A stretch of 60,230 bases of DNA from Endomicrobiales bacterium (GCA_023228045.1 JALOBY010000007.1:1-60230); one strand, 5' to 3'. Shown: positions 30,576-40,467, counted from the first letter of the stretch. The notes: generated from the letters alone by a model not told the origin. Numbers and translations are program-made.

Positions 30576-31165
30576 AAATAACTTCTAAAACCATTAAATA
30601 CTATCTTAAAACCCGCCTTTCGCCTGGGCGTTTTAGCCACACACTTGCCACACTCAAACTTGCGCAAGTGCTTGCAAAAAAACATAAAACCAATTTAACA
30701 AATACATTCATTGCCGCACTGTTGCACGACACAGGAAAACAGTTTGATAAAGCTGCTATGAAAGCTTACGCGATTAGTCACAAAGTTAGCGTACCAAACT
30801 TAAAGCAAACAATAAAAAACAGCCCGGCATTACTGCACAGTTTTATAAGCGCGCATATTGCAAAAAATGTTTTCGGCATAAAAAACACATCTGTGCTAAA
30901 TGCCATTGCATTTCACACATTGGGTGACCCAAACATGGACACACTTGCAAAAATTATTTATCTGGCAGATGCCGCCTCGCCTGACCGCTCTTATAAAGGT
31001 GTAAATGATATAAGACAAACTGCTTTAACAAACCTAGATAGCGCCTTGATGATGGCTCAAGGCACAAAGATTGCGCATGTTTTAGAAAAAAAAGCGTGGC
31101 TGCACCCAAAAGCCCTTGAGAGTTGGAATGCTTTTGTACTCACTTGTTCAGAAAACCAAAAATGA
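30572..31165 (+). CDS. yqeK: YqeK-type HD-domain hydrolase.
   Basis: HD motif (HTLATLKLA ... LLHDTGK). Conserved nadD-yqeK pairing. Confidence 0.75.
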   Translation: MKITSKTIKYYLKTRLSPGRFSHTLATLKLAQVLAKKHKTNLTNTFIAALLHDTGKQFDKAAMKAYAISHKVSVPNLKQTIKNSPALLHSFISAHIAKNVFGIKNTSVLNAIAFHTLGDPNMDTLAKIIYLADAASPDRSYKGVNDIRQTALTNLDSALMMAQGTKIAHVLEKKAWLHPKALESWNAFVLTCSENQK

Positions 31166-32334
31166 AAAGCTTAATTTTCAAAGTTCTATTATTACTTTTC
31201 GTATTAGTTATCGTAGTAATATTATATTTTTCGTGGCGAAGCCCTATTGCAAAAGCCCTAAGCACAGGCGAACGCATTAACGCCCTTATCATAGGTACTG
31301 ACCTTGTTGACCGCTCCAGACATACCGACACGCTTGTTTTTATAAGCTATGCCCCATCAACTGGCTTCTTAGACATGATATCTATACCGCGTGACACACA
31401 CTTTAGCCCAACTGGGTACGGCTTTAAAAAAATTAATGAAATTTTTGCCTATAACTACGCTAAAACACAAAACTCTGACTTTGCGGCAGGTCAGGTACGA
31501 GATGGGGTTGAAGAGCTATTTCAAAACAAAGTAAAAATTCCTTACTATTTTCAAATTGATTATAAAAACTTTAAAGATATATTAGATATTATCGGCGGTG
31601 TCCCGTTAGATGTAGAGTTAAATATGGACTATCAAGATAAAACGGGCGACTTAAATATTCATTTAAGTACTGGTACTCAAATTCTTAATGGACAAAAGGC
31701 ACTTGAGTATGTGCGATTTCGCTCCAAAGAAGGCGACCTTGGCAGAATAACCCGTCAGCAAAAATTTATCAAGGCATTTTTAGATAAATTGAAAAATCCG
31801 GCGGTAATTTGGCGCTTACCGCAAATTAGCTCTTTGGTTCTAAGAGATGTTAAAACAAATCTTAATAGCTTTGATATTTTTAGCGCGGCATTAGAATTAC
31901 GCAAACTTCAAAAAAGCAATATACGCACCACACAGGTGCCTGGCAGCACAAAAGGTGCTTACTGGCAGCCAAATACGCAAAATACGATCGGGCTTTTTGA
32001 GAAAATTTTTTCATCTTCGCAAACTGCAACTACAGCTGAAAAATTAACTACAGTTGAAGTTTGGAATGCATCGGGCAGGAAAGCTCTGGCAGAACGCGTT
32101 ATGTGGATGCTGCGCAAAAACGGGTTTGATGTTATTGACTGGGGTACTTTAAAAATAATTCAGGAAAATACCACCATAACAGATTTTAGCGGCAACATTA
32201 AAGCTGCACAGAAACTACAAGGGCTTATAAAATGCGGAGATATAATTTCAAAATACGACTTGGCAAACGGCTTAGTTGAAATAAAGGTAATTTTAGGGAC
32301 TGATTGCCAATTTGAGTACAAAGAGCAAGACTAA
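31123..32334 (+). CDS. LytR-CpsA-Psr (LCP) family protein.
   Basis: N-terminal TM helix. LCP core (INALIIGTDLVDRSRHTDTLVFISY ... ISIPRDT). Confidence 0.8.
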   Translation: MECFCTHLFRKPKMKSLIFKVLLLLFVLVIVVILYFSWRSPIAKALSTGERINALIIGTDLVDRSRHTDTLVFISYAPSTGFLDMISIPRDTHFSPTGYGFKKINEIFAYNYAKTQNSDFAAGQVRDGVEELFQNKVKIPYYFQIDYKNFKDILDIIGGVPLDVELNMDYQDKTGDLNIHLSTGTQILNGQKALEYVRFRSKEGDLGRITRQQKFIKAFLDKLKNPAVIWRLPQISSLVLRDVKTNLNSFDIFSAALELRKLQKSNIRTTQVPGSTKGAYWQPNTQNTIGLFEKIFSSSQTATTAEKLTTVEVWNASGRKALAERVMWMLRKNGFDVIDWGTLKIIQENTTITDFSGNIKAAQKLQGLIKCGDIISKYDLANGLVEIKVILGTDCQFEYKEQD

Positions 32335-32352
32335 TAAATTGATAGGCATGGA

Positions 32353-32715
32353 GTGCAAATGGAAAATAAAAAAGGAAGATTTCTCAAGTTAGCAAGAGCT
32401 GCGGCAAGAATTGCGGATGATAAAAAAGCATCAGAGGTAACCGTATTAAGCGTAACGAAGCTTACTACTGAAACCGATTATGTGGTAATTGCTACAACCG
32501 AATCGGCCCCGCAAACAAGCGCGATTTACCAGGAAATTAAAGGAATTTTTAAAAAAGATTTCGCTATTTTGCCATTGCATTTTGAAATGAGCGCAACTTC
32601 ATCGTGGTCGGTGTTGGATTTTGGCGGTGTGTTAGTTCACATAATGCCCGCAAGGTTAAGAGAGCTTTACGCTTTAGATAAAATTTGGGCTAATGCCGGT
32701 AAGATTAAGTATTAA
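32353..32715 (+). CDS. rsfS: Ribosome silencing factor RsfS (Iojap).
   Basis: 120 aa. DUF143/Iojap pattern (TDYVVIATTESAPQTSAIYQEI). Confidence 0.8.
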   Translation: MQMENKKGRFLKLARAAARIADDKKASEVTVLSVTKLTTETDYVVIATTESAPQTSAIYQEIKGIFKKDFAILPLHFEMSATSSWSVLDFGGVLVHIMPARLRELYALDKIWANAGKIKY

Positions 32716-32729
32716 TCAATTTTCTAATT

Positions 32730-33983
32730 TTATTCTAGGCACTTTTTTTGTGTATCATCAATTGAAAGCACTTCTTGTTTGCCTGTTTTCATATCCCTTA
32801 AAAGCACTTTATCTTCTTTTAACTCTTCTTCGCCAAAAATAACCGCATAAGCGGCTTGCACTTTATCGGCCAAACGCAACTGTGCCTTTAATTGAACTCC
32901 TGCAAGAGGGCCTTCTACAATTAGTTTAGTGTTTGCGCTTGCCCTAAGCAGAGCTGCAAAGTTAAATGCCTTTAATATGGTATCCCCTGCAGTTGCGACA
33001 AAAATAGTTTTAACATCCTTATTTGCCTTAAATGCCTGCAACATATCTGAGACCATAATAACCCTCTCGCTGCCAAGAGCAAAACCAACAGCGGCAATGT
33101 TTGGGCCGCCTATTTCATTAACTAACTTATCATACCTGCCGCCAGCGGCAACGGCATCTTGCGCCCCAAGCTTTGATGAGCGCACCTCAAAAACTGTACG
33201 ATTATAATAATCTAACCCTCTCACAAGTTTACTATCTACGCTAAACTTACAACCAGCCGCGTTAAGCAATGCTTTGACCATTTCAAAGTGATCTTTACAC
33301 TCAGCACACAAAAACTCCTCCATTATAGGAAGCGTGGTAATTTTTGGAGAGTCAATTTTACAATCTAATACACGCAGGGGGTTTCTTTCAATTCTTTTTG
33401 CGCAATCATCACAAAGCTCGCCCTCTTTTGCTTTTAGGCAATCAAGTAACGCTTGGCGAAAAGCAGGCCTGCATGCTGGGCATCCTAATGAGTTAATTAA
33501 AACCGTTGCATCTTTCACACCCGCGCTTTCTAAAAGCTGCATGGCAAGTAATATTATCTCGGCATCGGCGCTTGGCCCACTAACACCAAAATACTCCGCG
33601 CCTATCTGAAAAAACTCTCTATACCTGCCTGCTTGCGGGCGTTCGTAACGAAACATTGAACCCATATAAAAAAGTTTCGCGCTGGCAAGCGTTCTGTCTA
33701 AATTATTTTCTATGAGGGACCTTACAACCGATGCCGTGCCCTCAGGCCTTAGCGCAAGTTTTCGGCCCTTGCGGTCACTAAATACATACATTTCTTTTTC
33801 AACTATGTCGCTGGTTTCGCCTATTGAGCGCGTAAAAAGCCCGGCATCTTCAAATGTAGGCACACGGATTTCAGAGTAGTTATATTTTTTAAATACTGCC
33901 CGGGCTATGCTTTCTAACTTTGTAATTTTTGCAGCATTATCACCGTAAAGATCATGTGTGCCGCGCGGCGCGTTAAATTTCAT
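32730..33983 (-). CDS. hisS: Histidyl-tRNA synthetase.
   Basis: Class II aaRS motifs (FRYERPQAGRYREFFQIG). 417 aa. Confidence 0.9.
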   Translation of the reverse strand: MKFNAPRGTHDLYGDNAAKITKLESIARAVFKKYNYSEIRVPTFEDAGLFTRSIGETSDIVEKEMYVFSDRKGRKLALRPEGTASVVRSLIENNLDRTLASAKLFYMGSMFRYERPQAGRYREFFQIGAEYFGVSGPSADAEIILLAMQLLESAGVKDATVLINSLGCPACRPAFRQALLDCLKAKEGELCDDCAKRIERNPLRVLDCKIDSPKITTLPIMEEFLCAECKDHFEMVKALLNAAGCKFSVDSKLVRGLDYYNRTVFEVRSSKLGAQDAVAAGGRYDKLVNEIGGPNIAAVGFALGSERVIMVSDMLQAFKANKDVKTIFVATAGDTILKAFNFAALLRASANTKLIVEGPLAGVQLKAQLRLADKVQAAYAVIFGEEELKEDKVLLRDMKTGKQEVLSIDDTQKKCLE

Positions 33984-34064
33984 TAATACCCCTGTTTAAT
34001 AATCAATTTAAGTTTATTTATATCTTTTACTAAAATATTTCCATTGGAAGCTGAAAGAATTGCA

Positions 34065-35564
34065 TTATTGTTTTGTAGTTTTATCCAACATAAGTTTGGA
34101 ACCATAAATAAAAAGTTTCTTTAACTTTTCATTGCTTTCTGCTTCCGCGTAAAAGCGCACCACCGGCTCTGTACCTGAAGGTCTGATGCCTACCCATGAA
34201 CCGTCTGAAAGAATAAATTTAAAGCCATCAATGGTAATTGTGCTTACCACAGATAGCCCCGCAAAACTTTTAAGACCGCACCCAAGTTCACACTCAAGTT
34301 GCTCAATGCGGCTTTGTGTCAGATGAAAGTTTTTTCTGCCCGAAACAACTCTACCCACTAAAGCAAAAATTTCCTCAAGGGTTTTTCTAAGAGGTTTTCT
34401 TGTATGCGCATACATTTCGGCCATTAACAGGCAGGCGGCAATTCCGTCTTTTTCCGGCACATGGTCTGTAATTGTAAGCCCGCCCGACTCTTCTCCGCCT
34501 ATTATAAAGTTCTTGCCTTCTTTCACCATTATCTCGCCAATGTATTTAAAGCCGACCGGGGTTTCTTTTACCTCAATGCCAAACTTTTGCGCGACTTTAT
34601 CTACAAGATGAGTTGTCATAACACTTCTTGCGACAACACCGCTCTTTAAACCACGCGATTTTATCATGTGATAAAGCAAAAGAGCGATTGTTTCATTTGG
34701 GTTAATAAAAGATCCGTCTGTATCTAAAATTCCGAAGCGGTCTGCATCGCCATCAGTTGCAAGCCCCAGATGGCACGACTCTTTTTTTACAAGAGCGCAA
34801 AGCTCGCTTAAGTTTTCTTCCGATGGTTCCGGCGCGTGGCCGCCAAAAAGTACATCTCTTTGTTTGTTTATCACCTTCTGCATGGTTCCGGCAGTGTCTA
34901 ATAAATCGTCTAAATACCCGGCCCCAGTGCCATAAAGCACATCGGTAGCAATTTTTAAGTTGGCTTTTTTTATTGCCTTAAAATCTATCAATTGTTTTAT
35001 TCTTTTTAAGTATTGCGGCCTTGGGTTTATTATCTCAATAAGCCCTGACTTTTGGGCACTTTCAAAGCTGATTTCTTTTGACCCGGATTGCATCGGAGCG
35101 TTGGCAAGTGTTTCAATAACCTTAGTTGTCTCAGGTAAAGCCGGGCCACCCCAAGTGGGTGAAAATTTTATACCGTTGTAGTTTGATGGATTGTGGCTTG
35201 CTGTAAAATTTATGCCACCTGCTATCTTCCTGCGTATTATTTCATAAGATATTACCGGAGTGGGTGTATTTCTGCTGCAAAATAATGCTTTTATGCCGTT
35301 TGATGCAAGTATACAAGATGCGGTCTTTGCGAACTCATCTGACAAAAACCTTGTGTCATAACCAACTATAACTTCATTGTTTGGGTTGTTTTGTTTTTTT
35401 ATGTACTGGCTTATGGCATGCGTTACACGCCGCACTCCATCAAATGTAAAGTCCTCTGCTATAACGCCTCTCCAACCAGATGTTCCAAATTTAATCATAT
35501 TCTTTCTTCTCCAATATTGCCCACCCTTTGGGTATTTCGGGGACACAATACTTATATCCGCCAT
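34065..35564 (-). CDS. Phosphoglucomutase/phosphomannomutase.
   Basis: GTSGWRG, the catalytic loop TASHNP, and the Mg site DGDADR. Confidence 0.85.
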   Translation of the reverse strand: MADISIVSPKYPKGGQYWRRKNMIKFGTSGWRGVIAEDFTFDGVRRVTHAISQYIKKQNNPNNEVIVGYDTRFLSDEFAKTASCILASNGIKALFCSRNTPTPVISYEIIRRKIAGGINFTASHNPSNYNGIKFSPTWGGPALPETTKVIETLANAPMQSGSKEISFESAQKSGLIEIINPRPQYLKRIKQLIDFKAIKKANLKIATDVLYGTGAGYLDDLLDTAGTMQKVINKQRDVLFGGHAPEPSEENLSELCALVKKESCHLGLATDGDADRFGILDTDGSFINPNETIALLLYHMIKSRGLKSGVVARSVMTTHLVDKVAQKFGIEVKETPVGFKYIGEIMVKEGKNFIIGGEESGGLTITDHVPEKDGIAACLLMAEMYAHTRKPLRKTLEEIFALVGRVVSGRKNFHLTQSRIEQLECELGCGLKSFAGLSVVSTITIDGFKFILSDGSWVGIRPSGTEPVVRFYAEAESNEKLKKLFIYGSKLMLDKTTKQ

Positions 35565-35640
35565 TTTAGATTCCCGCTAATCCCGCCATCGGCGGGACGG
35601 GAATGACATGCTCTTTTGTTTGGACCGGCACTTCTTTTTC

Positions 35641-35790
35641 ATTGTCATCTCGATGAGCGAAGCGACGAAACAATCTTGGTGTCATTGCGAGCGAAGCGTG
35701 GCAATCTAATAATCAGGACGAGATTGCTTCACCCCTGATGGGTTTTCGCCTTTGGCGAGATCTAGCCCCTTGGGCTGACGCAATGACAGT
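35641..35790 (-). mobile_element. Family-C MITE-like repeat copy (ctgtcattgcgtcagccc ... gaagcaatct ... cgcttcgctcgcaatgacac).
   Basis: Its reverse complement aligns with 43417-43640 and 59947-60125. Confidence 0.7.
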
Positions 35791-35804
35791 AAAACCAAGA
35801 TCCC

Positions 35805-35979
35805 CCGCCCAGCAAGCTGGGCGGTATCAATGGTGCTAATTCTTCTTCCTCTCCCTCGATGGGAGAGGATTGAGGTGAGGGTGGACATTCGATAACAGGT
35901 CTCATTTGACCCCTCATCCTAACCTTCTCCCGCAAAGGGGAGAAGGAATTATTTGGTAACCGCCCAGCAAGCTGGGCGG
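35805..35979. repeat. Composite of two identical 20-bp palindromes (ccgcccagcaagctgggcgg at 35805-35824 and 35960-35979) flanking family-D hairpins (cctctccctcgatgggagagg and ccttctcccgcaaaggggagaagg).
   Basis: Read directly from the sequence. Confidence 0.8.
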
Positions 35980-36002
35980 AATTATCAAGTTAAAAGAACA
36001 TT

Positions 36003-38501
36003 CTATAACTGCCACTTTTTTACTTTTTCGCTATATTGCTCCAAATAATCTTTTGCTACTTTTTCCTTATCCGACTCTACCCAGACATGAAAGAATGCTT
36101 CATCGGGGTCTGGCAATAACAACACCCAACCGCCTTTTAAGAAAATCTTAACACCGTCTATAAGTTCAGCTTTTGCTTTTGATGCTTCTTGCATAGCATA
36201 GCGCATCGTCTGGCCTTTTTTATCCCATGCGCAAGGAATTTTTTTGTGCAATACCTCAAAAGCAGGTATCTCGCGGCTAAGACGGTTTAGCCGGTTTTTT
36301 TCTTTTGCCATTAGCTCAAGAATTTTTGCGGTTGCGTACATTGCGTCAAAAGCAGGCTGGAACTCCGGGAAAATAAAACCGCCGGAGCAATCACCAACAA
36401 AGCAAACACCTTTGATGCGCGACGCGGAAATTATCTGCCTTGGGCTTGTTGCAGTTCTTATAACCGTGGCATTATACTTTCGCGCCAGCTCATCAATTAC
36501 TGATGATACTGTAACCGGCACTGCAATTGTGGCATTTGGAGTACTTCTCATAACCAAATCTGCCACCAAAATGAGTGCGAGATTGTTTGGCACTATTCTG
36601 CCGCGCTCATCAATTAAAAAAATCTTTTCCGCGCCATTGTCAATTAAAAATCCGGCATCGGCCTTGAGAGTTGTAACTATGTCGGAAAGTTGTTCAAGAG
36701 AGTGCTTAAACTCGTGTTCTGTTTTTGTTATTTTGTATGGGTTAACATAGGCGTTTAAGGCAACAACCTCTGCCTCAAGCGGCCCTAAAATTGCAGGGAA
36801 AATCATTGACGCGGAGGAATACGAATAGTCAAAAACAATTTTAAAGTTGGCTTTTTTTATCTCATCTTTATTTATAGCCTTAAAAAAACCTGTTTTATAA
36901 TACTCCTGAGCTCTTGATGGCACAGTTATATCACCAACATCGTCCAAACTGGCTCGTTTAAAATCCTCTCTTAGAAAAAGTTGTTCTATGGATTTTTCTT
37001 TAGAAATTGGCAGGTCGCCGCCATCAGAGTCAAAAATTTTTATATCCATAAGCCGTTTGTCAAACGGAGATAAGCGCACATGTATTCCGCCAACTTCGCC
37101 TTCCTTTCCAATTTCGTAACGCACAACCGGAATTGGCGCGGTTTGCAAATCGCCAACTTTTACGCCAGCGCTAAGCAGCCCCGATATCATTGTGCGCTTT
37201 ATCATTCGCGACGAACCATGGGCATCTCTTGAAGTTACCACATAAGCGCCGGCACCAATAAATGCCCCGTATGCCGCACCAACTTTGGTGGCAAACTCAG
37301 GTGTTATTTCTATGTTGCCAAGGCCTGTAATGCCATAGGCGCCAAAAAGCTCTTTATTCCATTTTTCTCCCCACACCAAACTTGTGGCAAGTGTCGCGCC
37401 TTCTTCTACTGTTTTATCGGGCCAGATTTTTATGTATGCCCTGATTACGGCCTCGTTGCCTATTTTGCAATTATCGGCAACCACTGTACCAACTTGTAAA
37501 ACAGCCCTGTCGCCTATTGAGGTATTTTTTGCAACAACACTTTCTTTTAAGCGTGCCTCGCGCCCAACGCTAACACCATCCCAAAGTATTGAACCGTAAA
37601 GGTTCGCGCCTTCACCAACTTTTACACTGTTGCCAATTACACAGTTGCCTACAACAACGCCTTTGGCAATAAAGCAATTACTGCCTATTATAACCCGTTC
37701 ATTTATTTCGGCACCTTCTTCTATGGTAGTACCTTCTCCAACTATAAAACTTTTGGCGCCCGATATAACCTTTCTGCCGCTTATGCTAAGGTTTATTTTA
37801 CCTTCTAAAATATCGTAATGGCCGGTACGGTATTCGTCTAAATTGCCAATATCTTTCCAGTAACCGCCTGCGGTATGACCATAAAGCCCTTTACCTTGCA
37901 AAAGAAGCGATGGGTATAAATCTTTTGAGAAATCAAATGGTTTCTCATCCGGTATCTCTTCTAATACTTTCGGCTCTAAAATGTAAATGCCAGTATTTAT
38001 TGTGTCAGAAAAAACTTCACCCCAAGAGGGTTTTTCTAAAAATCTTTCAATTTTGCCATCTGGCTGCGTTATTACAACACCGTACTGCAAAGGGTTTGCA
38101 ACACGGGTAAGCACCATGGTGGCAACAGCATTTTTTTTCTTATGATAATCAAGCGCCTCGGTGATATCTATGTCCGTTAAAACATCGCCTGAAATAACAA
38201 TAAATGTGTCTTTTAAGTGGTCTTTCGCGCAACGCACACTGCCGGCAGTTCCCAAATCTGCTTTTGGGGTTATGTATTTTAGTTTTACCCCAAACTCAGA
38301 ACCATCGCCAAAGTAGTCAGTAATAACATCTGGCTGATAGTAAAGCATCATTACAATGTCTGTAATTTGGTGTTTTTTTAGAAGGTTTATAATGTGATAA
38401 AGGATTGGCCTGTTTGCTACAGGTACCATGGGCTTTGGGAGATTACAGCTTAAAGGTCTTAACCGTGTTCCAAAACCACCGGCCATAATTACGGCTTGCA
38501 T
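36003..38501 (-). CDS. Bifunctional sugar-1-phosphate nucleotidyltransferase (N-terminal NTP-transferase plus left-handed beta-helix) fused to a C-terminal PGM/PMM-like domain (832 aa).
   Basis: MAGGFGTRLRPLS motif. Hexapeptide repeats. The C-terminal half aligns to the PGM superfamily (VVTSRDAHGSS ~ GRDTRxSS) but shows RLSPFD where TASHNP is expected. Confidence 0.75.
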   Translation of the reverse strand: MQAVIMAGGFGTRLRPLSCNLPKPMVPVANRPILYHIINLLKKHQITDIVMMLYYQPDVITDYFGDGSEFGVKLKYITPKADLGTAGSVRCAKDHLKDTFIVISGDVLTDIDITEALDYHKKKNAVATMVLTRVANPLQYGVVITQPDGKIERFLEKPSWGEVFSDTINTGIYILEPKVLEEIPDEKPFDFSKDLYPSLLLQGKGLYGHTAGGYWKDIGNLDEYRTGHYDILEGKINLSISGRKVISGAKSFIVGEGTTIEEGAEINERVIIGSNCFIAKGVVVGNCVIGNSVKVGEGANLYGSILWDGVSVGREARLKESVVAKNTSIGDRAVLQVGTVVADNCKIGNEAVIRAYIKIWPDKTVEEGATLATSLVWGEKWNKELFGAYGITGLGNIEITPEFATKVGAAYGAFIGAGAYVVTSRDAHGSSRMIKRTMISGLLSAGVKVGDLQTAPIPVVRYEIGKEGEVGGIHVRLSPFDKRLMDIKIFDSDGGDLPISKEKSIEQLFLREDFKRASLDDVGDITVPSRAQEYYKTGFFKAINKDEIKKANFKIVFDYSYSSASMIFPAILGPLEAEVVALNAYVNPYKITKTEHEFKHSLEQLSDIVTTLKADAGFLIDNGAEKIFLIDERGRIVPNNLALILVADLVMRSTPNATIAVPVTVSSVIDELARKYNATVIRTATSPRQIISASRIKGVCFVGDCSGGFIFPEFQPAFDAMYATAKILELMAKEKNRLNRLSREIPAFEVLHKKIPCAWDKKGQTMRYAMQEASKAKAELIDGVKIFLKGGWVLLLPDPDEAFFHVWVESDKEKVAKDYLEQYSEKVKKWQL

Positions 38502-38786
38502 AACTTTCTCCTGGTATAATATTCATTATACCTTTTGTTTCCAAAATTGCATTTTGATATATTTTTTCAGTTAACGGATCTATTTGTTCCATCCGTGTAG
38601 TCAAGACATCCTGAATCTTACAGAATGTCTATAAGAAATTATTGTGATAAAAAATGCTAATTGATGGTACAAAATTCGCCATCAAAAGGCAAGATTATTG
38701 TTTTATGGGTAATTTGTTCTTTAAGTCGGAGATTTTTGTTTTTTTGCCACAACTGCCCAAATTAATTTTGACTACTGAAAATCAAA

Positions 38787-39230
38787 GTCGCGGGGCTATC
38801 CTGTCAGCCTCGGGCTGACGCCCCCGTAATACTTTTCTTTGCATGCCCAAAGTTACACCCAGAGTTTACAATAGGATGCGGGATTCGACAAACGATGCCG
38901 GACTTTTTCTTCCTCAAAAAAGCTCGACCGATGTTCACACATCGCTCTCTCTTTTTGAGTTGAAAAACCCTCGGCCTCGCTCGTCTCGGTCCACACACCT
39001 ATTGCAAAATCTGGGTTGAAGTAACCAAAAGAAATGCACCCACGGTGGCTATTCACTCACATTTTTTTGGCGGCTGCGGAACTCGCCTCGCCACTTTGTG
39101 GCGGGCTCAGGCAGTCCTCACCGAAAACTCCACAAAAATGCTCGTTCATTATCAGCCAAAGTGGGGATAAAGTTAGTAAGGCAAAAAATTTGTCACCTCG
39201 ACGAGTGAAGTGAGGCAGGATAGCCCCGCC
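38787..39230 (+). mobile_element. Family-A MITE, full-length copy with terminal inverted repeats (gcggggctatcctg ... caggatagccccgc). It carries a nested family-B MITE at 38853-39021. The M48 protease stop codon falls inside the right-hand TIR.
   Basis: Alignment with the copy at 47974-48190. The extra internal ~165 bp is the family-B element, with TIRs cccagagtttacaatagg / cctattgcaaaatctggg. Confidence 0.8.
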
Positions 39231-39231
39231 A

Positions 39232-40467
39232 TTATTTTCTATCTATAAGTGCTTGTATTCGCATAAGCACAGGAGGGTGGGTGTAGTCAAATAATACTTT
39301 AACACTGTGGGGTGTGAGGTTTGAAAGGTTATCCACGCTAAGTTTTTTTAAGGCGTTTAGCATATCACTACTGTTTCCAACACTACTTGCAGCAAAGGCA
39401 TCGGCTTCGTACTCATGTTTTCTTGAAAAGTAATTACTAATCGCAGAAAAAAACAAATTAATAACAGGATAAAGGATCATAAATGCAAATAACCCCGCAT
39501 AAATAGAATAGGTTTTAACATTCAATGCGTATGAGAAATTTTCATTTGTTGCGAAATACCCTGCTAAAAAAAGACCAATAGCGGAAAATATAAGTGATAG
39601 GGCAAACTGTTTTATAATATGTCGTTTTTTGTAATGCCCAATCTCATGTGCAAGTATGGAAACAATTTCAGTTGTTGTGTGTTTTGCAATTAGAGTGTCA
39701 AAAAGAGCAATTTTTCTAAATCTGCCAAAACCTGTAAAAAAAGCGTTTGTTTTAGCCGACCGGCGCGAGCCGTCCATTTTGTAAATTCCCTGCATTTTAA
39801 AGTTTTCTGATTTTGCAAAATTTAACACTGCGTTTTTTAACTCTCCCTCTTCTAATGGAATAAATTTATTAAATAACGGCATAATTAACGCAGGCCAGAT
39901 ATATATAAGCAGAACCTCAAAAATAAGCATAAATACCCAGCATAAAATCCAGCCGGAAAAACCAAATTTTTGAAAAATATAAAGTACACCAAAAAGCAAT
40001 ATAGCTCCTAAAACTGTTTGAAGAATAAAGCTCTTAATGAAATCTCCAATAAAAGTTCGTGCGTTCATTTTATTAAAACCATACTTTTCCTCTAAGACAA
40101 AAACCTTGTATAGTGAAAATGGCAAACTTAACAACTCTGAAATTAAAAAAATTATCCCAAAGAAAATTAAACCGGTTAATATTGGATTTAAGGCAAAACC
40201 TCTTGCCATAATATCTATTTTTTCAAAAAAACCAAACATTAACGCTAAAACAGTAATAACTCCCATAAAAACTGTGTTAAATACTGTAAACTTTGTGTTG
40301 TCTTTAAGGTAACCTTGAGCTTTCGCGTAGCGCTCATTATCATAAACACCAATAAATTCATCGGGCACTTCTTTTTTTAGCGCAGAGATGTTTAGCGCTT
40401 CAACAAGTAAGCGCACAATCAAAGATAAAACTATTGAACTTATAATCACCACTGTAAAAATAGACAT
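39232..40467 (-). CDS. M48 family (Ste24/HtpX-like) zinc metalloprotease.
   Basis: HEIGHYKKRH HEXXH motif. N-terminal multi-TM region. Confidence 0.8.
   Translation of the reverse strand: MSIFTVVIISSIVLSLIVRLLVEALNISALKKEVPDEFIGVYDNERYAKAQGYLKDNTKFTVFNTVFMGVITVLALMFGFFEKIDIMARGFALNPILTGLIFFGIIFLISELLSLPFSLYKVFVLEEKYGFNKMNARTFIGDFIKSFILQTVLGAILLFGVLYIFQKFGFSGWILCWVFMLIFEVLLIYIWPALIMPLFNKFIPLEEGELKNAVLNFAKSENFKMQGIYKMDGSRRSAKTNAFFTGFGRFRKIALFDTLIAKHTTTEIVSILAHEIGHYKKRHIIKQFALSLIFSAIGLFLAGYFATNENFSYALNVKTYSIYAGLFAFMILYPVINLFFSAISNYFSRKHEYEADAFAASSVGNSSDMLNALKKLSVDNLSNLTPHSVKVLFDYTHPPVLMRIQALIDRK

Noticed and set aside
35706-35888. 60-aa ORF 35706..35888 (-) and the plus-strand ORFs 35377..35606.
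   Set aside because: They lie within stacked palindromic repeats or antisense to the PGM gene. They are spurious.
36244-36750. 168-aa plus-strand ORF inside the 832-aa gene.
   Set aside because: It is antisense to a strongly supported coding sequence.
38787-39230. Considered whether the family-A element (begins aagtcgcggggctattctg) is a structured RNA gene such as tmRNA or RNase P RNA.
   Set aside because: There are three dispersed copies, two of them truncated, with terminal inverted repeats and variable internal inserts. The tmRNA 5' and 3' hallmarks and the RNase P GGAAAGUCCGG core are absent. This looks like a MITE, not a single-copy ncRNA.
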